This document shows positions 23,201 through 32,970 of a stretch of DNA of 62,857 bases, one piece after another. The position numbers and the translations under genes were made by a program. This DNA is from Clostridia bacterium (GTDB taxonomy: Bacteria > Bacillota > Clostridia > Oscillospirales > CAG-272): contig JAFSWB010000075.1 of NCBI GenBank assembly GCA_017444735.1, forward strand, positions 1-62,857, in the 5' to 3' direction. The notes under the pieces are model-generated. The model saw only the letters and a list, made by a program, of their open reading frames with translations, was not told the origin of the DNA and ran no database searches. How positions within the stretch are numbered: position 1 is the stretch's first letter; every line of letters begins with the position of its first letter.

Positions 23201-25207
23201 TCAATACGCGTCGACGTCGCCGAGATATTCGGAGCCGTGCGCCGCGATAAATTCCTTGCGCGCGGGGAGATCGTCGCCGAGGAGCGTCTCGAAGATATAC
23301 GCGGTCGCCTCCGCGTCCGTGCGCGACACGCGGACGAGCCGTCTCGTCTCCGGGTTCATCGTCGTCTCCCACATCATATCCGGCTCGTTCTCGCCGAGCC
23401 CCTTTGAGCGCTGAAGAACGTATTTTTTGCCCTCGCTTTCGAGCTTTTTGACGATCTCCGCCTTTTCGGGCTCGTTGTACGCGAAAAGGGACTTGTCCTT
23501 GACCTTTATTTCGTAAAGAGGCGATTCCGCGATATAGACCCTGCCCTCGGCGATCAGCGTCGGGAGCAGCCGGTAGAACATCGTCAGGATCAGCGTCCTG
23601 ATCTGGAAGCCGTCCTCGTCGGCGTCGGTGCAGATTATGATTTTAGCCCAGCGGAGGGAGGAGAGATCGAATTCGACCATATCGCCCTTCACCTTGCCCG
23701 AGAGCTCGACGCCGCATCCGAGGATCTTCAGAAGATCGACGATGATATCGCTCTTGAAGATCGTGTCGTACGACGCCTTCAGGCAGTTCAGCGTCTTGCC
23801 GCGGACGGGGATTATCGCCTGAAACTCGGCGTCTCGCCCGAGCTTGCACGACGTGAGAGCGGAGTCGCCCTCGACGATGTAAAGCTCGCGCTTCTCGGGG
23901 TCCTTCGAGTTGCAGGAGACGAATTTTTCTACCTTGTTGATCCCTTCCGTCGGACCGGACAGCTTCTTTTTCAGGTTGATCCTCGCCGATTCCGCCTGCT
24001 CGCGCGAACGCTTGTTGACGAGGACCTGATTGAGGAAGCGCTCCGTGTCGGCGGGGTTTTCGAGGAAGTATATCTCGAGTTTTTCCTTGATGAACGCCGT
24101 CATCGCGTCGGCGATAAAGGAGTTCGTGATCGCCTTTTTCGTCTGGTTGGCGTACGACGTCTGCGTCGAAACGCTGCTCGAGACGAGGATGAGGCAGTCC
24201 TCTATGTCGGAGAACGCGATCTTGTTCTCGTTTTTATTGTATTTCCCCATAGCGCGGAGCTTTTTGTCGACGGCGTAGGTAAACGCCGTCCTGACCGCCC
24301 GGTCGGGCGATCCTCCGTGTTCGAGGTAACTCGCGCAGTGGTAATATTCGAGCGCCTTGACCGTCTTCGACATACAGAACGCGATGTCGCAGCGCAGCTT
24401 GTAGTCCGCCATATCCTCGCGGTCGCGGCCCTTCGTCTCGAGGTGCCATTCGGTTATCTTCGTCTCGGCGGTCCCCGCGGCGATCTCCTCGATATAGTCG
24501 GTTATGCCGTGCTCGTAATAGTATTCCGACTCGGAGAACGAGCCGTTCTCCTCCTGCCAGCGGAAAATGAAGTGAACGCCCGCGTTCACGACCGCCTGGC
24601 GGCGGAGCATATCCTCGTAATATTCCTTCGGGATGTCGATCTCGGTGAAGACCTCGAGGTCGGGCTTCCAGCGCTGGACCGTGCCGACCCGGCGCTCTTT
24701 CCTCTCCAGCGGGCGGACGGAGAGCTCGCCGACCGGCTCGCCGCGGCGGAATTCCATCGAGCTGACGTTCTCTCCGTCGTATGAATCGACGAAGAAATAC
24801 TCGCTCGAATACTGCGTCGCGCACGCGCCGAGCCCGTTGAGCCCGAGGGAGAATTCGTAGGCGGAATCCTCGCTGTTGTTGTCGTATTTGCCGCCCGCGT
24901 AGAGCTCGCAGTAGATGAGCTCCCAGTTGTACCTGCCCTCCGCCTTGTTCCACCCGAGCGGAACGCCGCGGCCGAAGTCCTCTATCTTGACGGAGCGGTC
25001 CGAAAAGGCGGTGATGACGATACGCGAACCGTATCCCTCTCTCGCCTCGTCGACTGAATTCGAGAGGATCTCGAACACGGAATGCTCGCATCCCTCGAGG
25101 CCGTCCGATCCGAAGATGACGGCGGGTCTCTTCCTGACTCTGTCCGCCCCCTTGAGAGCGGTGATCGACTGATTGTTATATTGAGCGGCGGAGGTTTTCT
25201 TTGCCAT
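23201..25207 (-). CDS. type IIA DNA topoisomerase subunit B (ParE/GyrB-like), no adjacent A subunit
   Basis: 668 aa. GHKL ATPase motifs (EILSNSVDEA, GRGVP, GLNGLGA). Toprim EGDSA and DADEDGFQI. PLYE. Confidence 0.88.
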   Translation of the reverse strand: MAKKTSAAQYNNQSITALKGADRVRKRPAVIFGSDGLEGCEHSVFEILSNSVDEAREGYGSRIVITAFSDRSVKIEDFGRGVPLGWNKAEGRYNWELIYCELYAGGKYDNNSEDSAYEFSLGLNGLGACATQYSSEYFFVDSYDGENVSSMEFRRGEPVGELSVRPLERKERRVGTVQRWKPDLEVFTEIDIPKEYYEDMLRRQAVVNAGVHFIFRWQEENGSFSESEYYYEHGITDYIEEIAAGTAETKITEWHLETKGRDREDMADYKLRCDIAFCMSKTVKALEYYHCASYLEHGGSPDRAVRTAFTYAVDKKLRAMGKYNKNENKIAFSDIEDCLILVSSSVSTQTSYANQTKKAITNSFIADAMTAFIKEKLEIYFLENPADTERFLNQVLVNKRSREQAESARINLKKKLSGPTEGINKVEKFVSCNSKDPEKRELYIVEGDSALTSCKLGRDAEFQAIIPVRGKTLNCLKASYDTIFKSDIIVDLLKILGCGVELSGKVKGDMVEFDLSSLRWAKIIICTDADEDGFQIRTLILTMFYRLLPTLIAEGRVYIAESPLYEIKVKDKSLFAYNEPEKAEIVKKLESEGKKYVLQRSKGLGENEPDMMWETTMNPETRRLVRVSRTDAEATAYIFETLLGDDLPARKEFIAAHGSEYLGDVDAY

Positions 25208-25231
25208 ATTCCTTATCCTTTCAAGTGACCG

Positions 25232-26587
25232 TTATCTGTACCGTCTTCCTCTTGAAGAGGGGACTCTCTGACGGAGCCGTTTCTGACTGAACCGCGCCTT
25301 TATCAGCACGTAGAGGACGGTGAAGACGACGAGCGAGACGACCGTCGCGATGAAGAACGGGCTCCTGATGAATGATTTCGTCCTCTCCATAAAGAAGAGA
25401 AGCTCGCTCCGGCTCACGTCGGACGTCGCGATCAGGTCGACCGTTCCGAGCATCCTGTCCTGATACGTCACCATTGCGACGCCCGCCTTCTGACCGAGCT
25501 TTACCGGCGCGTCGAGAAAATCGCTCTCGGTGCGGCAGCTTATCGTGACGTCGTTTTCGATGTCGACGTCCGACGGAAGAAAGACGGTCAGCGAGTCGGC
25601 GGGGACGAGCGTCACGTAGTCGTGCGTCGACGACAGTCTGACGGGGATCTCGCAGACGACCTGCTTTTTGCTTATGACCTCCCGGTAACCGAACGACGCG
25701 AACGCCCAGTCGAGGAGCGCCGCGGTCCCGCGGTAGTTGTACATATTGTCGTCGTCCGTCTCCGCGTTCATCACGACGGAGATATACGTCACCGTGTTTT
25801 CCGGGTCTCTCGCCGCGGCGACGGCGCAGTAGCCGCCCTGCGGGGTCGATCCGGCGTTGAGGCCGATGACTCCGTCGTAGTAGTATTCGTCCTTATAGTA
25901 TTTCGACACGAGACAGTTCCTGTTGTAGACGTCGCGCGCCTCGCTGAAGTTCGTGGCGTCCATAACGTAATGACCCGTCCCCGTCATCCCGACGAGGCGG
26001 TCGATCGAATAAGCGCAGCGGGCGATCTTCAGGGTGTCCGCCGCCGTCGTGAAGGAATCCTCGCTGTGCATTCCCGTACAGTTCGTATATTTCGTGTTCC
26101 ACGCGGAGAGCGTCTCCGCCTTTTCGTTCATCATCCTGACGAACGCTTCCTCGCTTCCCGCGACGGCGTATGCGAGGATCATCGCCGCGTCGTTCGCGTT
26201 GTTGACGAGGAGGCAGTAGAGGGCCTGTTCGACCGTGACCGTTTCGCCGACCGCGAAGCCGATCGCGTTCCCTCTCACCGATTCGAGCATTTTTTCGGTG
26301 ACGGTCACCTGCTTGCCGAGATCGGGGGAGTTCTCGAAGGCGACGATCGCCGTCATCAGCTTTACGGTCGAGGTCGGACGGACGGGCTCCTCGGCGTTGA
26401 ACTCAAAAAGGACGGCGTCGCTCTCGACGTTGTAAAGGCACGCCGACCCGACTTTTTCAAGGACGGGGGGCTCGTCCGCGAACGCCTTCGGCGGAAGGAC
26501 CGCGAGGGCGGAGACGGACAGAACGAGCGCGAAGAAAAAGGAAACCGCGCGAAAGACGCCGACCGCGGCGTGGCGTTTCTTCGTCAT
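25232..26587 (-). CDS. D-alanyl-D-alanine carboxypeptidase (S11, PBP5-like) with C-terminal membrane anchor
   Basis: 451 aa. Signal sequence, STVK active-site motif, C-terminal TM helix. Confidence 0.85.
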   Translation of the reverse strand: MTKKRHAAVGVFRAVSFFFALVLSVSALAVLPPKAFADEPPVLEKVGSACLYNVESDAVLFEFNAEEPVRPTSTVKLMTAIVAFENSPDLGKQVTVTEKMLESVRGNAIGFAVGETVTVEQALYCLLVNNANDAAMILAYAVAGSEEAFVRMMNEKAETLSAWNTKYTNCTGMHSEDSFTTAADTLKIARCAYSIDRLVGMTGTGHYVMDATNFSEARDVYNRNCLVSKYYKDEYYYDGVIGLNAGSTPQGGYCAVAAARDPENTVTYISVVMNAETDDDNMYNYRGTAALLDWAFASFGYREVISKKQVVCEIPVRLSSTHDYVTLVPADSLTVFLPSDVDIENDVTISCRTESDFLDAPVKLGQKAGVAMVTYQDRMLGTVDLIATSDVSRSELLFFMERTKSFIRSPFFIATVVSLVVFTVLYVLIKARFSQKRLRQRVPSSRGRRYR

Positions 26588-26602
26588 GATACCGGTCTCC
26601 TT

Positions 26603-27586
26603 TCATTTGATATCGGGGCGCGTCTCAAAATACGCCAGCGCGTCCTTCTCGTCGTTCAGGATCGACGACCGAAGATCGTCCGTCGACGGGAACTTCTTTT
26701 CGGGGCGCAGATACCGGAGGAGGTCGACGCGCAGGGTCCTTCCGTAAATATCGCCCGAATACCCGATCATGTGGGTCTCCATCACCTCCGAGCCGAGGAT
26801 TGACTCGTCGGGAAGGTCGTAATCAGGATTGTCGCGCTTGAACCGCGCGAGCTCCTCTCCCGTCAGAGTGGGGCAGACGCCGACGTTGAGCACGCCGGGG
26901 AACCGGAGCTCTTTGCCGTCCTCCTCAAAGGAGGCGAGGCAGACGTAGACGCCGCGGGCCGGGGTCAGAAGCTCGCGGGGGATGATCTGGTTTGCGGTGG
27001 GGAAGCCGAGAAGACGGCCGAGCATCTTTCCCCTTACCACGGGGAGGCGGTAGAAGTGCGCTCTCCCCAAAAGACGGGCGGCCTCTTCGGCGTCGCCCGC
27101 GGATATCATTTTTCTCAGGGTTGAGGACGAGACGGGGACGCCGCGCGACAAGACCGTCGGAACGACCGTACATCCGATCCCCGCCTCCCGGCAGAGAGCG
27201 ACGAGATCGTCCGCCCCCCACGCGGCTCCTTTTCCGAAGCGGAACGAGTCGCCGAAGACGGCGCGACTGATCCCGAGCTCGCGCAAAAGACGGGTCTTCA
27301 CGAAGGAGGGACCGTCCGTGTCGCGGAGCTTTTCGAAATCGGCGGCGGCGACAAAGTCGACGCCCGCCTCTCCGAGCAGACGGAACCGCGTCTCGTCGTC
27401 GGTCAGAAGACCGGTCCGCGATCCCGAGAAAAACGTCCACGCGACGACCGGACGCCCGAACGACCGGGCGACCCTGACGAGCTCGCGGTGACCGGGGTGC
27501 ACTCCGTCGAAAAAGCCGAGGACGGCGACGCACCCGCGCGGGACGGCCCGGACGGCGCCGCCGCCCGGAAAACGATAGAAGACCAT
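26603..27586 (-). CDS. ribF: bifunctional riboflavin kinase / FMN adenylyltransferase
   Basis: 327 aa. GFFDGVHPGH nucleotidyltransferase motif. C-terminal riboflavin kinase domain (GFPTANQ). Confidence 0.92.
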   Translation of the reverse strand: MVFYRFPGGGAVRAVPRGCVAVLGFFDGVHPGHRELVRVARSFGRPVVAWTFFSGSRTGLLTDDETRFRLLGEAGVDFVAAADFEKLRDTDGPSFVKTRLLRELGISRAVFGDSFRFGKGAAWGADDLVALCREAGIGCTVVPTVLSRGVPVSSSTLRKMISAGDAEEAARLLGRAHFYRLPVVRGKMLGRLLGFPTANQIIPRELLTPARGVYVCLASFEEDGKELRFPGVLNVGVCPTLTGEELARFKRDNPDYDLPDESILGSEVMETHMIGYSGDIYGRTLRVDLLRYLRPEKKFPSTDDLRSSILNDEKDALAYFETRPDIK

Positions 27587-27593
27587 TTTCCGC

Positions 27594-27857
27594 TCAGATG
27601 CCGAGATATTCCTTGAGCAGAGCGAACATGAGATCGTCTCTGTCGATCTTGCTCATTATGGCGCGCGCGTTCTTGTGATTGGTGATATAGGTGGGATCTT
27701 CCGTCAGGATATAGCCCACGATCTGAACGAGCGGGTTGTAGCCTCTCTCGCTCAGGGCGTCGTAAACCGCGCGGAGCATCGCGTGACGCTCGCGGTCGCG
27801 GTCTTCTTCGCGGAGCGAAAAAGTGATCGTCTTGTCTTTTTCTGCCTTCGGATTCAT
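27594..27857 (-). CDS. ireB: IreB-family regulatory phosphoprotein (UPF0297)
   Basis: 87 aa. GYNPLVQIVGYILTEDPTYITNH is characteristic of the family. Confidence 0.88.
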   Translation of the reverse strand: MNPKAEKDKTITFSLREEDRDRERHAMLRAVYDALSERGYNPLVQIVGYILTEDPTYITNHKNARAIMSKIDRDDLMFALLKEYLGI

Positions 27858-27906
27858 GATATCACCGTTCCTTTCCGAAATATATTATATGTCGTTTTAC
27901 TCATAA

Positions 27907-30507
27907 TCATTTGAATTCCGTCACGCCGTCGCCGAGAAGGAGTTTTTTTCGCGTGACGGTGTGGTAACCGTCCCCTTCCGGGAACAGGTCCCGTTCGATC
28001 GCGCGGCAGATCAGCTCGGGGTTGAGATATTCCGAGTCGGACGCGCCCGTCACCGCGCTGATACGGAAGACGCCGTCCTCGATCCTCGCCGACAGCGACC
28101 GGATAAGCGGGGCGATATCGACGTCCCGCTCGCCGCTCTTCGATCTCTTCGCGACGACGACCGGTCCGCGGAAGAGCGCTTCCGTCCTCGCGGGTAGGTC
28201 GGCGGGGAAATCGGAGCCGAAATACGAGATCTCGTTTTCCGCCCACTTTATTTCGGTCAGCTTGCGCTCTTTCGTGTAGACCTCGACGATCCCGATCCCC
28301 GGAGGGACCGTTTCTTCGAGTCTCTTCTTTATCTCCCCGTCCGTCATCTCCTCCGTTATCCTGAAATCGAGGATCTCCCTCTCGCCGGAGCATCCGACGG
28401 AGAGCGACGACGCGAAGACGAGGCGCGGGATCGGGTTGAACCCCTCGCTGTACCAGACCGGTATGCCGGAGCGTCTGATAACGCGGACCATCGTCTTTGC
28501 GAGGTCGAGGTGGGAGATATAAAGCATCGCGCCGCTCTTTGAAAAACGGACGCGGACGGCTCTGACGGGTTCGGTGTGCGGGACGGCGGCCGGGTCGCGG
28601 CGCGGGATCGGTTTTCCCGTGACGATCTCTTCCGCGTCGCCCGCCTCCGTGTGACCGGGGCACCATCTGCAGTATTCGGGCGGAACGAGCGAGTTCACGC
28701 CGCAGCCGGAGCACGTCTCGCGGCAGGACGGAGTGACGGCGGCGTTCTGCGCCTTGTGCCGCTCCTTCAGGAGGAACGATTTTCTGACGCCGCTGTCGAT
28801 CATATCCCACGGGAGGATCTCGTCGTCCGGGATCGTTCTGTTCGCGTAGAACGACGGGTCGATCCCGCTGTCGCGGAACACCTCGACCCACCGGTCGAAG
28901 TCGAAGAACTCGTCCCACGCGTCGAATCTCATCCCCCGGCGCACCGCGAGCTCCACGGCGTCGGCGACGCGGCGGTCGCCGCGGGCGAAGACCGCCTCGA
29001 TATGGGAGACCTTCGCGTCGTGGTAGTTGTATTTTACCTTTCTGTCCGTTATCTTCGACAGAAGGAACCGCTGTTTTTCTTCAAGCTCCGGGAACGTGTT
29101 CTGCCCCTCCCACTGGAACGGGGTGTGCGGCTTCGGTATGAAGCACGCGACGGACAGAGTGACCTGCGGCTGCTGCCGGCGGTTCCTGTTCTCGCACTTG
29201 TAGTATTTGTCGACGACCTTGTGCGCGAGCTCGGCGATGCCGGCGATATCGTCGTACGTCTCGCCGGGCAGACCGTTCATGAAGTAGAGCTTGATCCTGC
29301 TCTTCCCGGCGTTGTACGCCACGCCGGCGGCGTTTAAGATCTCGTCCTCGGTCACGTTTTTGTTTATTATGTCGCGCAGTCTCTGAGACCCCGCCTCGGG
29401 CGCGAACGTGACCGCGCTCGTGCGCACCGTCGATATCTTCTCCATCAGCTCCGGGGTGAAGCTGTCCGCCCGCAGCGACGGGAGGGAGAGATTGATCTTC
29501 GCGTCGTCGGTCCATGAGAGGAGCCGGTCGGTAAGCGTGCCGATCTTCGAGTAGTCGCTTATCGAGAGCGAGGACAGGGAGATCTCGTCGTAACCGCTCC
29601 ACGCGCACATCGTCTCCGCCTGCGAGACGAGCGTCTCGGGCGATCTTTCACGGACGGGGCGGCAGACGAATCCCGCCTGACAGAAGCGGCATCCGCGGAC
29701 GCACCCGCGGAAGACCTCGAGCGTGACTCTGTCGTGTACCGTCTCCACGAACGGCATCACCGGGTCGAGCGGGACGCGCGCGCCGTCGAGATCGGCGACG
29801 ACGCGTTTCGTCACCGTCCTCGGGACGTCGGGGAACCTCGGCTCTATCGACCGGATCGTGCCGTCGCCGTTGTACGAAATATCGTAGAGAGACGGAACGT
29901 AGAACCCCTTCAGCTCGCACGCGGCGGCGCGAAGGAATTTTTCTTTTGTGTAGGTCCCGTCGTCCTTCATCCGGAGATAAAGGGCGGCGAGCTCGGGAAG
30001 AGCGTCCTCGCCTTCTCCTATCGAGAAAATATCGACGAAGGGCGCCATCGGCTCGGGATTGTACGAGCACGGGCCGCCCGCTATGATAACGGGGCCGTCC
30101 TCGCCCCGGTCGCGCGACCGGAACGGTATCCCGGAGAGAGACATCATATTGAGCACGTTCGTGTAACAGAGCTCATACTGCATCGTGAACGCGACAATAT
30201 CGAATTCCGAGACGGGGTCGCCGCTGTCGAGAGTGAAGAGCGGGACGCCCTCCTCTCTCATCTTTTCCTCCATGTCGGGCCACGGCGCGTAGACTCTCTC
30301 GCACCAGACCCGGTCCATATCGTTCAGGACGGCGCACAGGATGCGCATCCCGAGGTTCGACATCCCGATCTCGTAGCTGTCGGGAAAGCAGAAGGCGACG
30401 CGGAGGTCGACGGAGGAGACGTCCTTGACGACGGAGCCGCGTTCGCCGCCGGTATATCTGCCCGGCCGCGAGACGGTCGATATGAACTTTTTCAGGTCAT
30501 CCCTCAT
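27907..30507 (-). CDS. TIGR03960 B12-binding-like radical SAM protein fused to a TIGR03936 (DUF2344) domain
   Basis: 866 aa. N-terminal RYTGGE, CVRGCRFCQAG cluster motif, C-terminal DUF2344-like region. Confidence 0.85.
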   Translation of the reverse strand: MRDDLKKFISTVSRPGRYTGGERGSVVKDVSSVDLRVAFCFPDSYEIGMSNLGMRILCAVLNDMDRVWCERVYAPWPDMEEKMREEGVPLFTLDSGDPVSEFDIVAFTMQYELCYTNVLNMMSLSGIPFRSRDRGEDGPVIIAGGPCSYNPEPMAPFVDIFSIGEGEDALPELAALYLRMKDDGTYTKEKFLRAAACELKGFYVPSLYDISYNGDGTIRSIEPRFPDVPRTVTKRVVADLDGARVPLDPVMPFVETVHDRVTLEVFRGCVRGCRFCQAGFVCRPVRERSPETLVSQAETMCAWSGYDEISLSSLSISDYSKIGTLTDRLLSWTDDAKINLSLPSLRADSFTPELMEKISTVRTSAVTFAPEAGSQRLRDIINKNVTEDEILNAAGVAYNAGKSRIKLYFMNGLPGETYDDIAGIAELAHKVVDKYYKCENRNRRQQPQVTLSVACFIPKPHTPFQWEGQNTFPELEEKQRFLLSKITDRKVKYNYHDAKVSHIEAVFARGDRRVADAVELAVRRGMRFDAWDEFFDFDRWVEVFRDSGIDPSFYANRTIPDDEILPWDMIDSGVRKSFLLKERHKAQNAAVTPSCRETCSGCGVNSLVPPEYCRWCPGHTEAGDAEEIVTGKPIPRRDPAAVPHTEPVRAVRVRFSKSGAMLYISHLDLAKTMVRVIRRSGIPVWYSEGFNPIPRLVFASSLSVGCSGEREILDFRITEEMTDGEIKKRLEETVPPGIGIVEVYTKERKLTEIKWAENEISYFGSDFPADLPARTEALFRGPVVVAKRSKSGERDVDIAPLIRSLSARIEDGVFRISAVTGASDSEYLNPELICRAIERDLFPEGDGYHTVTRKKLLLGDGVTEFK

Positions 30508-30561
30508 GGCGGTCTCCGATCTCTCTCCCGCTCGCGTACGCCGCGCGCGGGGAGAAGGTCT

Positions 30562-32970
30562 TTATCGAATGAAAATCTTTGAAATCAGGAACGCCGGGAG
30601 CAGCCACGCGAGCTGATAGACCGCGGCGAGAAGCGAATTCGCTTTTGAGATACCGCCCGACACGAAGATCAGGAGGACGATGATCGCGCTGATGACGGCG
30701 GAGACGATACCGAGCGCCATACAGTCTCTCTTCGTTCTCGACGTGTTGTCGCAGTACGGGATCAGCTGAAGGAGCGCCTTCGGCGAGCCGGTCGTTACGA
30801 TGCCGCTGTCGGCTCTCTCCTCGACCGCTCCGACCTCGCCTTCCTCGCGGAAGCGGACCACCTTGACGGGCGGGTCGCGCATCTCGACCTTCGAGGCGAT
30901 CATTTCCTCGTTGATATTCGGGTCGTAGGTCCGGATGCACATATAGATCCCGCTGTCGTTGAACTGCTTCAGGATCGGCTCGATGTCAGTGTCGAGATCG
31001 TATTTTATGTAGAGCTTCGACACGAGCTTACCCTCGCGGAGCATATACATGATGCTCATCTCGTCGGAGAGGTCGACGTCGTCGACGGCGTATTCCTCGT
31101 CGATATCCGCTCCCCTTTTCCTGAGCTCCTCATAGCTTCCGAAAACGATGCTGACGCCGTCGATCTTCGTGGAGAGGAACCCGCGCGCCGCGTCGAGGAT
31201 CTCGACGGAATCGGACTTGCTCATATCCATCGTCGCGATCTCGAAGATGTCGTCGAGCGGCCCTCCCGCCCGCGAGAACGCGCTGGCGGCGTAGTAGAGG
31301 ACGCGGTCGATACGGGCGTTGTTGTAAATCCTTATGTTCTGTACCTTGACGCCGACCGACGGGAAGAGGTTCGTGTCGTCGAACGCGACGACCGACGCCC
31401 CCGCGTACTCGTCGAGCGAAACGTCGCCGATAATGGCGGAATCGACCGATTTCGCGGCTTTGGCGGCGCGATAGAACGGGTAACTGTACGTAATATAAGC
31501 GGACATCGGGATGAGCGTCACCGCGATGAGGATGCCGAGGGTGAGCGCCTCGTTCGCTCTGCCCGACTTCGCGAAGTGGTACGAGGCCGAGAGGAGCGCG
31601 AGAACAAACGCGATGCCGATAACGGAGATTATGAAGACGCGTCTCGTGCCGTCGGGGGCCTGCGTTCTGCCGAAGAAGGAGTCGACGAAGCGGATCTTTT
31701 CGATCTTCATGAAATCGCCCGTCTCGTCTTCATCGCCGTAGAAGGAGACGCCCTGTTCGAGAAGCTCCTCCTCGGAGAGGCGGCACATCGCGTACTTTTC
31801 TCTCTTCGACCCGGCGACGAAGAACGTCATCATTTCGCGCTTGTTGTTGAGACGCGCGGAGAAGATCGCGAGAGTCACGGCGAGCGCGGCGGCCGAGTTG
31901 AACAGCACGGGCTCGAACCGCGACGCCGCGGCGAACGACGTGACGATCGAGTGAACGGTACAGGCGAGCACCGGGAAGACGGTCAGCGAGAGCGCGTCCG
32001 GCGCGCCGACGAAGATCGCTCTGACGCCCGCTTTCAGCTCTCTGAAGCCGACGGCGCAGACGATAAACAGGATCTGGAGCGACACCATCGTGTAGACGAC
32101 GGGGAAAACGGCGGGGTCGAACGCGCCGGAGAGCTGTTTCGCTCTTCCGGTGAAGAGGGTCGATATCGCCGGGATGTTCTCGTATATCAGCAGGACGAAA
32201 GACAGGACCGCCGCCGCCGCAAGGCGGAGGTTGTAAAAGCGCGCCGATCTCTTGTACGCCGCCGCGATCCCCTTCGCCTGAACGGGGTCGGTGAATTCGG
32301 GGCAGCTCAGCTTGACCGGTCTGCTCTTTCTGACGTCGGATTCGATCTGATCGCCGAACTTCCTGACTCTGTCGCGGTCGTCGTCCTCGTCCTCCTCAAG
32401 ACCGAACGCGATCCGGAGGTTCATGTCGGTCGAGCCCATCGGACCGGTCGACGACTCGCCGGGGATCTCGTTCGCCTCGAATTCGGCCGCCTCAGGGGTC
32501 TCGGCGTTCTCGCCGTGGAAGGCGTCTTCCTCGGACGTGTCCTCGACGTCGTCGGGCATCAGGAATTCGGACGCGGAGACGTCCTCGAAGACCAATTCCT
32601 CCTCGGGCTCCTCCTCTTCGGGACCGACCTCTTTTTCCTCCGCAACGGGTTCTTTTTCCTCCGCAACAGGTTCTTTTTCCTCCGTCACGGGCTCTCCGAC
32701 CGCCTCAACGGGCGACGGGCCGTCCGTCTCGGGAACGTCCGTTGCCGTGGCTTCGGGGCCGGCGTCCCCGGGGATATCATCGGAGAGCGAGAGCGACGGA
32801 TCGTAGTCGCTGAACGCGGACGCGAAGGAGGAGACCTTTTCGCCCTCGTCTTCGAAATCAAATCCCGAGGAGATATCGTCCCCTATATCGTTTTCGGGGA
32901 CGAAACGTCTTCTGAAAAATCCGCCCTTGCGCGGGGCGTTTTCGTCATTTCTCTTTGACATGTGATACAC
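30562..32970 (-). CDS. membrane protein with degenerate heavy-metal P-type ATPase architecture and acidic disordered N-terminus
   Basis: 802 aa. Colinear with P1B ATPases, but DKTGT reads DDTNL, TGES reads TGDF, CPC reads IPM, and GDGxND is not recognisable. About 220 aa of acidic N-terminus containing EEKEPVA repeats. Confidence 0.6.
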   Translation of the reverse strand: MYHMSKRNDENAPRKGGFFRRRFVPENDIGDDISSGFDFEDEGEKVSSFASAFSDYDPSLSLSDDIPGDAGPEATATDVPETDGPSPVEAVGEPVTEEKEPVAEEKEPVAEEKEVGPEEEEPEEELVFEDVSASEFLMPDDVEDTSEEDAFHGENAETPEAAEFEANEIPGESSTGPMGSTDMNLRIAFGLEEDEDDDRDRVRKFGDQIESDVRKSRPVKLSCPEFTDPVQAKGIAAAYKRSARFYNLRLAAAAVLSFVLLIYENIPAISTLFTGRAKQLSGAFDPAVFPVVYTMVSLQILFIVCAVGFRELKAGVRAIFVGAPDALSLTVFPVLACTVHSIVTSFAAASRFEPVLFNSAAALAVTLAIFSARLNNKREMMTFFVAGSKREKYAMCRLSEEELLEQGVSFYGDEDETGDFMKIEKIRFVDSFFGRTQAPDGTRRVFIISVIGIAFVLALLSASYHFAKSGRANEALTLGILIAVTLIPMSAYITYSYPFYRAAKAAKSVDSAIIGDVSLDEYAGASVVAFDDTNLFPSVGVKVQNIRIYNNARIDRVLYYAASAFSRAGGPLDDIFEIATMDMSKSDSVEILDAARGFLSTKIDGVSIVFGSYEELRKRGADIDEEYAVDDVDLSDEMSIMYMLREGKLVSKLYIKYDLDTDIEPILKQFNDSGIYMCIRTYDPNINEEMIASKVEMRDPPVKVVRFREEGEVGAVEERADSGIVTTGSPKALLQLIPYCDNTSRTKRDCMALGIVSAVISAIIVLLIFVSGGISKANSLLAAVYQLAWLLPAFLISKIFIR
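32630..32692 (-). repeat. in-frame 21-nt tandem repeat (about 3 units) encoding EEKEPVA
   Basis: TCTTTTTCCTCCGCAACGGGT-like unit repeated back to back on the plus strand. Confidence 0.85.
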
